From: an uncultured Prevotellaceae bacterium
GTDB lineage: Bacteria; Bacteroidota; Bacteroidia; Bacteroidales; Bacteroidaceae
DNA: 64,000 nucleotides
Assembly: GCA_900313705.1 (NCBI GenBank)
Contig: OMSJ01000001.1
Location: 15,115-79,114, forward strand
Reading direction: 5' to 3'
Positions within the stretch are counted from its first letter, which is position 1, and every line of letters starts with the position of its first letter. The translations under genes and the position numbers were made by a program. Below are positions 38,021-46,312 of this stretch, piece after piece. Below the pieces are notes generated by a model. The model made no database searches and was not told the origin of the DNA. It was given only the letters and a program-made list of their open reading frames with translations.

Positions 38021-38197
38021 TTACCATTCTTCGTCCCAGACGCTTCGGGATTCCCTGGTGCGGGCGTCACCGTCTCCAGCGCCGCCGTAGTTTATATCGG
38101 CATTGCTACTGAGAGTATGCACACTATCCACCAGCAAATGCTGTTTGTGTTGCAGTTGCACCATAATCATTCCTGGCGCCAAATAGGTCTTTTTCAT
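38021..38197 (-). CDS. Unannotated 58-aa ORF immediately downstream of the giant surface-protein gene
   Basis: Hand-translated: MKKTYLAPGMIMVQLQHKQHLLVDSVHTLSSNADINYGGAGDGDARTRESRSVWDEEW. ATG preceded by AGGAGG. It starts 17 nt after the upstream stop and is followed 6 nt later by a perfect 13-bp stem hairpin. It falls below the 60-aa cutoff of the ORF track. Confidence 0.4.
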   Translation of the reverse strand: MKKTYLAPGMIMVQLQHKQHLLVDSVHTLSSNADINYGGAGDGDARTRESRSVWDEEW

Positions 38198-38213
38198 ATT
38201 GCAGTCCTCCTAT

Positions 38214-41200
38214 TTATTTAATGATGAGTTTATGTCCGTTGTTGATATAGATGCCCTTCTGGGTTGGCTTGCTGCCGAGGCGACGTCCATTCAGGTCGTA
38301 CCACTCTGCATCGTTGCCGTTTGTCTGCTTTTCGCTCTCGATGGAGATGATGCCCGTCGCATCGTCGTCCTCGCCGAAGTTCAGCACGAAGGACTTGACG
38401 CTAGCGCCTCCGAGCACAACCTGGAAGTAGGCGCGGAAGGCCTTGATGCTGGTCGGAGCGGTACCACTGGGATAATAGAGCGTGTTGCCTGTGCCCAGGA
38501 AGAGGACGCTCTTGTTCTCTGTTTCATAGCTGACGCGATCGTAAGTGCCCTGGAATGTCACATCGTTCAAGCCTGCATTATGGGCAACAACAGCTTCGGG
38601 ATCTGTAGCATTGATGGTAACGCCTGTGAACACAGGATTGGTGATATTAGAACCCGTAGGCCACTTCACGAGGTAAGGCACACCAGCCTTCATGCCCTCG
38701 CCAAGGTTATTTTCGTCGGTGGGATCATCGTCGAAGGCAACGTCTGTGAAGTTGAGGAAGAGCGTACTCGTGGTAGCATCAAAGCCGGTCTGATGACGGC
38801 CTTCACCAGCTTCATCGTAATGATTACCCTCGGCATCGTAGTAACCATCCACATCGAGTTCCTTGATGGAAACGGCACTCGAGAAGGGTGATGCCAGGAA
38901 GACGCTGCCATTCAGGTCGAAGGGCAGGCAGACGGTGTTCCAGTCGCCATCCTTGTAGAAGGTGCGGCCTTTGAGTGTGACTGTCATGCCAGAGATGTGG
39001 TCATTCGTACTGAGGACAGAAGAGTTGTTGTCATTGTCCTGAAGGGCGAGCGACTTTTTCCAAGTGAAGTAGCCCGTCATGGGGTTGGCCATTGCAGAGT
39101 TTATCTTGAACGGGGTGTACTTCACGCCACCTGTTAAGCTCTTGCAGAACGCGAACATGTCTTCTGAAGTTTCAATGTTCCAGGTGTTTTCACAATAGAT
39201 GGTAGTCAACGAGGGGCAGTTACTGAACATGGTGGTGGTGTTGGTCACCTTGCTTACGTCAAAGCCGTTGACATCTATTGTCACCAATTTTTCGCAACTG
39301 GCGAATGTGGCGTTCATAACTGTCACCTCGCTGGTATTCAGATTATCGATTCCAACTATCATGGTCAAATCTTTGAAGTCGTAGAACCACATGTAGAGGC
39401 TGTTGGGCTTCACGTCCTTGAAGCTCGAGTCGAAGACGACTCTGGTGGCAGTTTTGGCGACTTCCAACCACTTCGGCATGCCCCAGCCAGTCTTGGTGAC
39501 ATCGTTGCCTTTCCAAGAGTTTCCGCTGGTAACGGCCACGCCATTCCAGTGACCATCTGTTATATTTATTTCAGTCGTGACGAAGTAGAGCGTCGTGTTC
39601 TCACTGTCCCAGATGGCATATGGGGTGACTTCAGAAGAAAGTGTCACACCCTCGGCGGGCATGGTGAAGTAGTAGTAAGGTGCTCCATCAGTAGTACTGT
39701 CTTCACTAAGGTCAACATTAGCTTCGCCCTCTGTCGTCTTGGCAGTAGTAATTACCGAGCTGGTGAATATCACTGTCTGGCCGCTGGCACCATAATACTT
39801 GAATTCTTCACCGGTGAACATCATGAGCATATTGCCGCCGACGAACATGCTGCTGGCACTATAGAAGTTATTCATGTATGGCATCACAGCACCTGTCTCG
39901 TCTTTTATCTCATAGACCAGATTGCCTTGGGCTTCACCAAAAGTTGTGGTGTAATAACAGTTCTGCACTTCCGCAAATTGAGAAGCAGCCTGTGTTCCTC
40001 CCCAGCGGACGAAAGTCTTGCTGTTCGATGTTCCGAAAGTCCTCTCCGCAGGAGCGAACAGGCCGTTTTTGATAGTCAAAGACATACCAGTGATGTTTGT
40101 CCAACCTACGAAGCCACCGCAGTGTGTTGTGCTTGAGCCAAGCAGTTTGCCAGCGAAGACGCATCCTTCAATGGTGCACTTGCTGGTATATAAATTGCTG
40201 TAGGGATTCTGGAGAATACCTACCAGACCACCGATAGTGCCGTCGCCACTTACTGAACTGGTAATGGCAACATCGCTGTAGCAGTTCGTCAATTTAAGAT
40301 ACATGCCGCGTCCCACGATACTGCCGGCAAACTTACCCGAGGTAGAGATGGTTCCCGTTACCTTGAGGTTGTATATATTGCCGTCCACGTTTCTGAAGGG
40401 AGCTACAGCGAGCTCTCCGCTTTCACCCGCGAGAGCCATTGTGATGGTGTGGCCGTTACCGTCAAAGTAGCCCTTGAATGCATTTCCTCCGGTTATGTTG
40501 TTGCCATCGGCTTCAATGGTTCCCACCATGGTGTTGCCGATGTTGATGTCAGCTGTGAGCTTCACATATTGTCCTTCATGGGTCCAGCCATCATTTACCT
40601 TTGCAGCAAATGCTTGCCATTGTCTGGCTGTACCGATGAGGAATGGGTCGTTATCCGTGCCACGACCTTGAATGGTGGAAGCACCATCTGTCTCGGTGAA
40701 GTAGCCTGTGTCGGGGTTAGCCATATTGCCATGAACCTTTGAACCATTGTAAGCCACGCTCTTAGGCGTATTTCTCAAAGCACCGCATCCATCGAACATG
40801 AAAACGGCCGTTTCTATATCCCACGCATTATCACAGGTAATCGTCGTCAGATGAGTACATTGGCCGAACATTGCAGAGGCATTGGTCACCTTGCTGACAT
40901 CGAATTTGTTGACATTGATGGATGTAAGACCATAACACTTAAAGAACATCGAGTTCATGTTTGTGCACTCACTGGTGTTCAAGTTCTCGATTCCAGTTAT
41001 TGTGGTCAAATACTGGAATTCCATGAACCACCAGTACATGCTGCGGGGCTTCACATCAGCAAAGCTATCGTCGAAGACTACGGTGGTGATATTGGCTTTG
41101 TTTGTTGAATTTACCCATCCTGGACTAAGCCAACCTATATCATCTACAGCCTTACCGCTCCAAAGTTCTTCGATGGTTCCTACTTCTCTCCATGTGTCAC

Positions 41201-42947
41201 CGACTTTATATTTCCCCTTCGAATAGGCAAAGACAAGTTTATTGGTTCCAATCCTGAAGACATAGGCACTACCCTCGTTAGCAGATACCATGACAGACTT
41301 GGCAGGCATAGTGAAAGAATAGGGGTCAGGGCCAGTGTATGAAACAGTTTTGCCATCTTCATCCGTTATACCGTATAAGGTTCCTGCTCCTTTAAGGTTG
41401 AAGTAGAAAACATCGCCTTCTGCTGCGAACGCCAAAAGGTCGTCATCTTCTCCGGGTTCGGAAAGGTAACTCATGGCACCACCATTATAGACTTTGATGC
41501 TACTGGTATAGTATTGATTGTGAAGCCGTGCGGGTTCCAGGACATCATCGTCGTCCAACTCTATTTCGAGAGCCTGCTTGCCTGCGCTCCACTTGTGGAA
41601 GTTATAGTTGCTCGAGTTGCCAAAAGCCTGAGTACTACCGCTATTGTAGCAATAGTTGAGGTTTGTGTTTGTGAAGTTCGTGTAGGTGCCTTTCTCCACA
41701 CAGTCGTTAACTGAGATGTAGGCCTTGGTGTCGCACCAGCCTACAATGGCACCGGCATATAAGCCACCGCTACTTTCACGTTTGATGGTACCTTCGAACA
41801 GACAGCCTTCAATAGGAGTGCCTACATTGGGAGAATGACCATGGCCGACGACACCTCCAGCATACCGGTCTGTAGTGATAACAGTCGTTGCAACGCGACA
41901 GTCGCGGATGGTGGCTTGGTTTCGAATACTGCCTACGAGTCCGGCCGCGTGGCGGTCACCCTTTACAGTTCCCTTCACATAGACATTCTGAATGGTTGCG
42001 TGGGAGACGCAGGCAAAAGGAGCAACGAACTCTTTAGAGCCTTCATCGATATCCACGGTAAGCACATATTGATTAACATTATCTTTACCGATGAAAGTTC
42101 CACTGAAAGGCTTTCTATTAGCTTCATTGTCATCTTCTACACCGATGCAAGTCTTCACGGAAATGCTGTCTCCCAATTGGAAGAAAAGTGTAGAGCAGTT
42201 GTTGCCGGCTGCCACATAGCTACTCAGAGCATCCCACTGTGCAGCGTATTTGATAACGAAGGGATCATTCTCCGCTCCTGTACCTGTCATTGCAGGCTTG
42301 GTGGTGAAATAGCCGGTAAAGGGATTGGCCATGCTGATGTCATCAGGAGAAGAATCTTTCACATATCCCTTCAACTTGGTATTATAGAACATGTCGTTCG
42401 AACTGGCGATGCCCGACCAAGTCTTGTTACAATAAATGGTCCTCAAATTTTTACAAGCATAGAACATACCATTGACATCTGTAACCTTGCTCATGTCGAA
42501 AGTGGAGACATCAATTGATGTAAGACTAGTGCAAAGGCTGAACATGGACGCCATGGTCGTTACCTCAGAAGTATTGAGGTTTTCTATGCCTATAATGCTA
42601 TTTAAGCTTCCCAAGCCACTAAACCATTTCTGAAGGCTCTTAGGCTGCACGTCCTTGAAACTGCTGTCGAACTTGACAGTTGTTGCATCCATAGCCCGCG
42701 AATACCATTGAGATGTCGAAGGTGAGTTTGTCACATCTGGACCGCTCCACACTGCTGACACTGTCTGTCCGTCGAAAGTGTCATCTTTTGAAACCTGCTC
42801 CAGATTCACGAAATAGAGCGTGCGGTTACCTGCACACCAGACAGCCTGAGCCACTGGATCTGCCTGGGCAATACCTGTCCCAGACAACAAGACCGAGAGA
42901 AGGATAAGCATCCTCTTCATGGGCCTCAATAAAAATCTTTTTGCCAT
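38214..42947 (-). CDS. Giant BspA-type LRR (DUF285-like) / GLUG-motif surface protein with T9SS C-terminal domain
   Basis: Three repeats of the module VxFDSSFKDVxPxSxxxWF...NLNTSEVTxMxxMFxxCxxLTxIDVxxFDxSKVTxxxxMFxxCxxLxTIYCxxxW. GLUG-like beta-solenoid stretches (AGLVGS, GGVVGH, IGGLVGI, CGGFVGW). C-terminal WYDLNGRRLG..GIYINNGHKLIIK sorting tail. The track start (TTG 43001) overlaps the -7 box, so I use ATG 42947. ATG 42920 (MKRMLILL signal peptide) is equally possible. Confidence 0.85.
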   Translation of the reverse strand: MAKRFLLRPMKRMLILLSVLLSGTGIAQADPVAQAVWCAGNRTLYFVNLEQVSKDDTFDGQTVSAVWSGPDVTNSPSTSQWYSRAMDATTVKFDSSFKDVQPKSLQKWFSGLGSLNSIIGIENLNTSEVTTMASMFSLCTSLTSIDVSTFDMSKVTDVNGMFYACKNLRTIYCNKTWSGIASSNDMFYNTKLKGYVKDSSPDDISMANPFTGYFTTKPAMTGTGAENDPFVIKYAAQWDALSSYVAAGNNCSTLFFQLGDSISVKTCIGVEDDNEANRKPFSGTFIGKDNVNQYVLTVDIDEGSKEFVAPFACVSHATIQNVYVKGTVKGDRHAAGLVGSIRNQATIRDCRVATTVITTDRYAGGVVGHGHSPNVGTPIEGCLFEGTIKRESSGGLYAGAIVGWCDTKAYISVNDCVEKGTYTNFTNTNLNYCYNSGSTQAFGNSSNYNFHKWSAGKQALEIELDDDDVLEPARLHNQYYTSSIKVYNGGAMSYLSEPGEDDDLLAFAAEGDVFYFNLKGAGTLYGITDEDGKTVSYTGPDPYSFTMPAKSVMVSANEGSAYVFRIGTNKLVFAYSKGKYKVGDTWREVGTIEELWSGKAVDDIGWLSPGWVNSTNKANITTVVFDDSFADVKPRSMYWWFMEFQYLTTITGIENLNTSECTNMNSMFFKCYGLTSINVNKFDVSKVTNASAMFGQCTHLTTITCDNAWDIETAVFMFDGCGALRNTPKSVAYNGSKVHGNMANPDTGYFTETDGASTIQGRGTDNDPFLIGTARQWQAFAAKVNDGWTHEGQYVKLTADINIGNTMVGTIEADGNNITGGNAFKGYFDGNGHTITMALAGESGELAVAPFRNVDGNIYNLKVTGTISTSGKFAGSIVGRGMYLKLTNCYSDVAITSSVSGDGTIGGLVGILQNPYSNLYTSKCTIEGCVFAGKLLGSSTTHCGGFVGWTNITGMSLTIKNGLFAPAERTFGTSNSKTFVRWGGTQAASQFAEVQNCYYTTTFGEAQGNLVYEIKDETGAVMPYMNNFYSASSMFVGGNMLMMFTGEEFKYYGASGQTVIFTSSVITTAKTTEGEANVDLSEDSTTDGAPYYYFTMPAEGVTLSSEVTPYAIWDSENTTLYFVTTEINITDGHWNGVAVTSGNSWKGNDVTKTGWGMPKWLEVAKTATRVVFDSSFKDVKPNSLYMWFYDFKDLTMIVGIDNLNTSEVTVMNATFASCEKLVTIDVNGFDVSKVTNTTTMFSNCPSLTTIYCENTWNIETSEDMFAFCKSLTGGVKYTPFKINSAMANPMTGYFTWKKSLALQDNDNNSSVLSTNDHISGMTVTLKGRTFYKDGDWNTVCLPFDLNGSVFLASPFSSAVSIKELDVDGYYDAEGNHYDEAGEGRHQTGFDATTSTLFLNFTDVAFDDDPTDENNLGEGMKAGVPYLVKWPTGSNITNPVFTGVTINATDPEAVVAHNAGLNDVTFQGTYDRVSYETENKSVLFLGTGNTLYYPSGTAPTSIKAFRAYFQVVLGGASVKSFVLNFGEDDDATGIISIESEKQTNGNDAEWYDLNGRRLGSKPTQKGIYINNGHKLIIK

Positions 42948-42998
42948 AAGAATAAATGATATAATAATAAATAATGTATTTAGTATGATTTGAGCGTG

Positions 42999-43006
42999 CA
43001 AATGTA
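42999..43006 (-). promoter_or_regulatory. -7 box TACATTTG for the giant surface-protein gene
   Basis: Same octamer as the pepC promoter. It lies on the TTG start proposed by the ORF track, which argues for a downstream ATG. Confidence 0.55.
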
Positions 43007-43282
43007 CGAATAAGTTAGTTTAGTACAAAATAATATCACTATTTTTTTTATAAATATCAATAACTTTTCATCCTAATTGTACCTTTATAGTGCCTATTCA
43101 CAGAGTAGTACAAGTAATAATCGCTCTGTTCTTCCCTTCGGTCAGGCGCAGACGGAACTCCCCTCCAGGAAAAAAAAGTGTCTGTCAGTCAGCTTACCCT
43201 ATTGAACAGATTTCGACAAACTCACGTTATGTTAATTTTGTATTTTATCCACGATGATTTTGCTTTTTTGAATTATATGTTG

Positions 43283-43290
43283 TATCTTTG
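43283..43290 (+). promoter_or_regulatory. -7 box TATCTTTG for the mannose isomerase/ROK/MFS cluster
   Basis: TAnnTTTG match 21 nt upstream of the ATG at 43311. Confidence 0.6.
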
Positions 43291-43310
43291 CAAAAGAAAT
43301 ATCATGTTTT

Positions 43311-45041
43311 ATGAGAAAAAGCAACTACGACAAGCAACCCAGCACCCACATCGACGGCAAGGCTGTCATTGGCTGGGACAATATCGTTCAGACACTCAGC
43401 AAAGCTTGGGCTGACGAGCCCGTCTGGGCCATCGACCTCTATCCGGGCACCTACGAGGAGGACTTCATCAACGCCTTTGCCAAGACCGGCCGAAAGATTA
43501 TCAATACCCGCGACCTCATGCGGCCTGAAGAGGAAATCCGACAACTGACGGAACGCTTTATGACCGATGACGTGCTCTTCGGATACATGTCGAACATTCG
43601 CTTACACGAATATTTCGACAATTCAAAATTAATAAATTCAAAATTCAAAATTGAAGAGCCCATTGCCATCATTGGCACAGGCGCAGCCTTCGTCGCCGAG
43701 AAATGGTCAATGGTCAATGGTCAATGGTCAATAGTTTACGCCGACATGGCCCGCTGGGAGATTCAGCAACGCTTCCGCCGACACGAAGTGAAGGCGCTCG
43801 GCATCGACAACCACGAGGACAGTCCCTCGGTGCAATATAAAAGAGGTTACTTCAACGACTGGAACATCATCGACCGCTACAAGGACGAGCTGATGCAGAG
43901 CGGACGCATCGAGTTCTGGATTGACTCGAACCGTCGCGACGAGCCGAAGATGATTACCGACGCGCAGATGCGGCAAGGACTGGAGCGCACGGCTCACAAA
44001 CCTTTCCGCGTCGTTCCCTTCTTCGACCCGGCTCCTTGGGGAGGCCAGTGGATGAAGGAAGTCTGCGACCTGCCTCGCGAGGAGGTGAACTACGGCTGGT
44101 GCTTCGACTGCGTGCCCGAGGAGAACAGCCTCTATCTGGAGGCCGACGGCATGCTCTTCGAACTGCCTTCGCAGGACGTCGTGCTGGCTCACACTCGCGA
44201 GCTGCTCGGACAGCAGGTGTGGCATCGCTTCGGCAAGAGTTTCCCCATCCGCTTCGACTTCCTCGACACCATGCAGGGCGGCAACCTCAGCCTGCAGGTG
44301 CATCCCACCAACGAGTTCGCACAGAAGGAGTTCGGTCTGCCCTACACGCAGGACGAGAGCTACTATCTGCTTGATGCTGGCGAGGATGCGGTGGTCTATC
44401 TCGGCCTGAAAGAAGGCATCGACAAGGTGCAGATGATAGAGGACCTGCGGGCTGCCCAGCGGGGCGAGATTCTGTTCGACGCCGAGAAGTACGTCAACAA
44501 ATTGCCTGCCAAGAAGCACGACCACTACCTCATCCCCGCCGGCACCATCCATTGCTCCGGCCACGACAGCATGGTGCTCGAGATAAGCTCTACGCCCAGC
44601 ATCTTCACCTTCAAGCTATGGGACTGGGCACGCCTCGGACTGGACGGCAAGCCAAGGCCCATCAACGTGGAGCGCGGCAAGTTCGTCATCCAATGGGAGC
44701 GCACCACATCCTTCGTCAAGTCGCAAATAGCCAACCACTTCGAGGTATTGAGCGAGGAAGAAGGCATCAAGGAAGAGCGGACCGGACTGCATCCCAACGA
44801 GTTCATCGAGACGCGGAGGCACACCTTCACTCGTCCCGTAGAGCACGACACGCGTGGCGGCGTCAACGTCCTCAACCTCGTTGATGGCGAAGCAGCACTC
44901 ATCGAGAGTCCCGAAGGCAAGTTCGAGCCCTTTGAGGTGCACTATGCCGAGACCTTCATCATCCCCGCTTGCGTAGGGCGCTACACCATCAAGCCCCTCG
45001 ACAAGGAGTGCATGACAATCAAGGCATACGTGAGAGCCTGA
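43311..45041 (+). CDS. Class I mannose-6-phosphate isomerase-like protein (long form)
   Basis: 576 aa. Cupin/PMI signature LSLQVHPTNEFAQKEFGLPYTQDESYY. Contains an in-frame (TGGTCAA)x4 array (WSMVNGQWS). Confidence 0.7.
   Translation: MRKSNYDKQPSTHIDGKAVIGWDNIVQTLSKAWADEPVWAIDLYPGTYEEDFINAFAKTGRKIINTRDLMRPEEEIRQLTERFMTDDVLFGYMSNIRLHEYFDNSKLINSKFKIEEPIAIIGTGAAFVAEKWSMVNGQWSIVYADMARWEIQQRFRRHEVKALGIDNHEDSPSVQYKRGYFNDWNIIDRYKDELMQSGRIEFWIDSNRRDEPKMITDAQMRQGLERTAHKPFRVVPFFDPAPWGGQWMKEVCDLPREEVNYGWCFDCVPEENSLYLEADGMLFELPSQDVVLAHTRELLGQQVWHRFGKSFPIRFDFLDTMQGGNLSLQVHPTNEFAQKEFGLPYTQDESYYLLDAGEDAVVYLGLKEGIDKVQMIEDLRAAQRGEILFDAEKYVNKLPAKKHDHYLIPAGTIHCSGHDSMVLEISSTPSIFTFKLWDWARLGLDGKPRPINVERGKFVIQWERTTSFVKSQIANHFEVLSEEEGIKEERTGLHPNEFIETRRHTFTRPVEHDTRGGVNVLNLVDGEAALIESPEGKFEPFEVHYAETFIIPACVGRYTIKPLDKECMTIKAYVRA
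43704..43731 (+). repeat. (TGGTCAA)x4 heptamer array inside the isomerase ORF
   Basis: Four perfect units encoding WSMVNGQWS. Confidence 0.95.
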
Positions 45042-45054
45042 GCCCCCTGCGAAC

Positions 45055-45097
45055 TGTCGTCATAACGAAATAACGATAAAACGTCATAACGAAAAAC
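45055..45097. repeat. GTTATGAC-type octamer micro-array, copy 3 (inverted)
   Basis: TGTCGTCATAACGAAATAACGATAAAACGTCATAACGAAAAAC. Confidence 0.85.
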
Positions 45098-45111
45098 TAA
45101 AACCCACTATT

Positions 45112-46206
45112 ATGAGTAAAGACAAGAAAATCGTGCTGACCCTCGATGCGGGCGGCACCAACTTCGTTTTCTCCGCCATTTGCAACAATGAGGAGATTGT
45201 GGAACCTGTTCGCCTGAAGGCTGTCACCACCGACACCGAGGGCTGCCTGGCTACCCTTGTGCAAGGCTTCACCACCGTCAAGGAGAAACTCGGCACAGAA
45301 CCCGTTGCCATCAGCTTCGCCTTCCCCGGCCCTGCAGACTACGAGCGTGGCGTCATCGGCGACTTGCCCAACTTCCCCTCCTTCCGAGGCGGCGTAGCGC
45401 TCGGTCCGTACCTGGAGAGCGTCTTCAAGATTCCTGTGTATGTAAACAACGACGGCAACCTCTTTGCCTACGGCGAAGCTCTGGCAGGTGCCCTGCCCAG
45501 AGTGAACAAAGCTCTGGAGGAGGCTGGCTGCAAGCGTCGCTACAAGAACATGGTGGGCATCACCCTCGGCACAGGTTTCGGCTGCGGCGTGGTGATAGAC
45601 AAGGTGCTGCTGACGGGCGACAACGGTTGCGGCGGCGACGTCTGGTGTATGCGCAACGGCATGTATCCCTTCGTCATCGCAGAGGAAAGCGTCAGCATCC
45701 GTGCCGTCCGCAGGGTATATGCTGAGATGTCGCACGAAGAGATAGGCGACCTCACGCCCAAGGACATCGGCGACATTGCCAATGGCACACGTCCCGGCAA
45801 CCAGAAGGCCGCACAGGAGAGTTTCCGCCAGTTAGGTCAGGTCACGGCAGCCGCTCTGGTAAATGTGCTGAACATCGTCGATGGCATCGTCGTCATCGGT
45901 GGCGGTCTCTCGCACAACTCGAAGTGGATTCTGCCCGGCATGATGGAGGAGTTCGCACGTCCGGCAGGCACCTTCACCGGCAACCTGCTTCCCACGCTCC
46001 AGTCGGAGGTCTATAACTTCGAAGACGAAGAGCAGCGAGCAGCCTTCCTCGAGGACAAGGATGTCTATGTCGATGTGCCTCATTCGGACCAGAAGGTGCT
46101 CTACCAAGCCCAGCGCAAGGTGGCCGTTCTGGTGTCGGAACTGGGTGCCAGCAAAGCCATCAACCTGGGCGCCTACAACTTCGCACTTAATCAGTTGGGA
46201 CAATGA
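45112..46206 (+). CDS. ROK-family sugar kinase
   Basis: 364 aa. N-terminal ATP-binding LTLDAGGTNFVFSAI and ROK-like GFGCGVV. Confidence 0.85.
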   Translation: MSKDKKIVLTLDAGGTNFVFSAICNNEEIVEPVRLKAVTTDTEGCLATLVQGFTTVKEKLGTEPVAISFAFPGPADYERGVIGDLPNFPSFRGGVALGPYLESVFKIPVYVNNDGNLFAYGEALAGALPRVNKALEEAGCKRRYKNMVGITLGTGFGCGVVIDKVLLTGDNGCGGDVWCMRNGMYPFVIAEESVSIRAVRRVYAEMSHEEIGDLTPKDIGDIANGTRPGNQKAAQESFRQLGQVTAAALVNVLNIVDGIVVIGGGLSHNSKWILPGMMEEFARPAGTFTGNLLPTLQSEVYNFEDEEQRAAFLEDKDVYVDVPHSDQKVLYQAQRKVAVLVSELGASKAINLGAYNFALNQLGQ

Positions 46207-46306
46207 CCCCCCAACCCCCTTTAGGGGGAGGGAAAGAAACATTAGTATAACCCTTAACAAAAATCCCTCCGACCGTAATCTCCCCCCTAAAGGGGGTCGG
46301 GGGGTG
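46205..46306. repeat. Intergenic MITE-like element with hairpin-containing terminal inverted repeats
   Basis: The left end ACCCCCCAACCCCCTTTAGGGGGAGGGA is the inverted counterpart of the right end TCCCTCCGACCGTAATCTCCCCCCTAAAGGGGGTCGGGGGGT. It fills the ROK-MFS spacer. Confidence 0.8.
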
Positions 46307-46312
46307 TGAATT

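Noticed and set aside
37988-38221. 77-aa plus-strand ORF, and the 61-aa ORF at 37455-37640
   Set aside because: The first is antisense to the better-supported 58-aa minus-strand ORF and starts inside a terminator hairpin. The second lies in the repeat nest with no promoter box and an unremarkable sequence.
42948-43001. TTG start at 43001 for the giant surface-protein gene
   Set aside because: The TTG lies within the TACATTTG -7 box itself. The first plausible signal peptide (MKRMLILLSVLLSGTGIAQA) starts at 42920, with another ATG at 42947.
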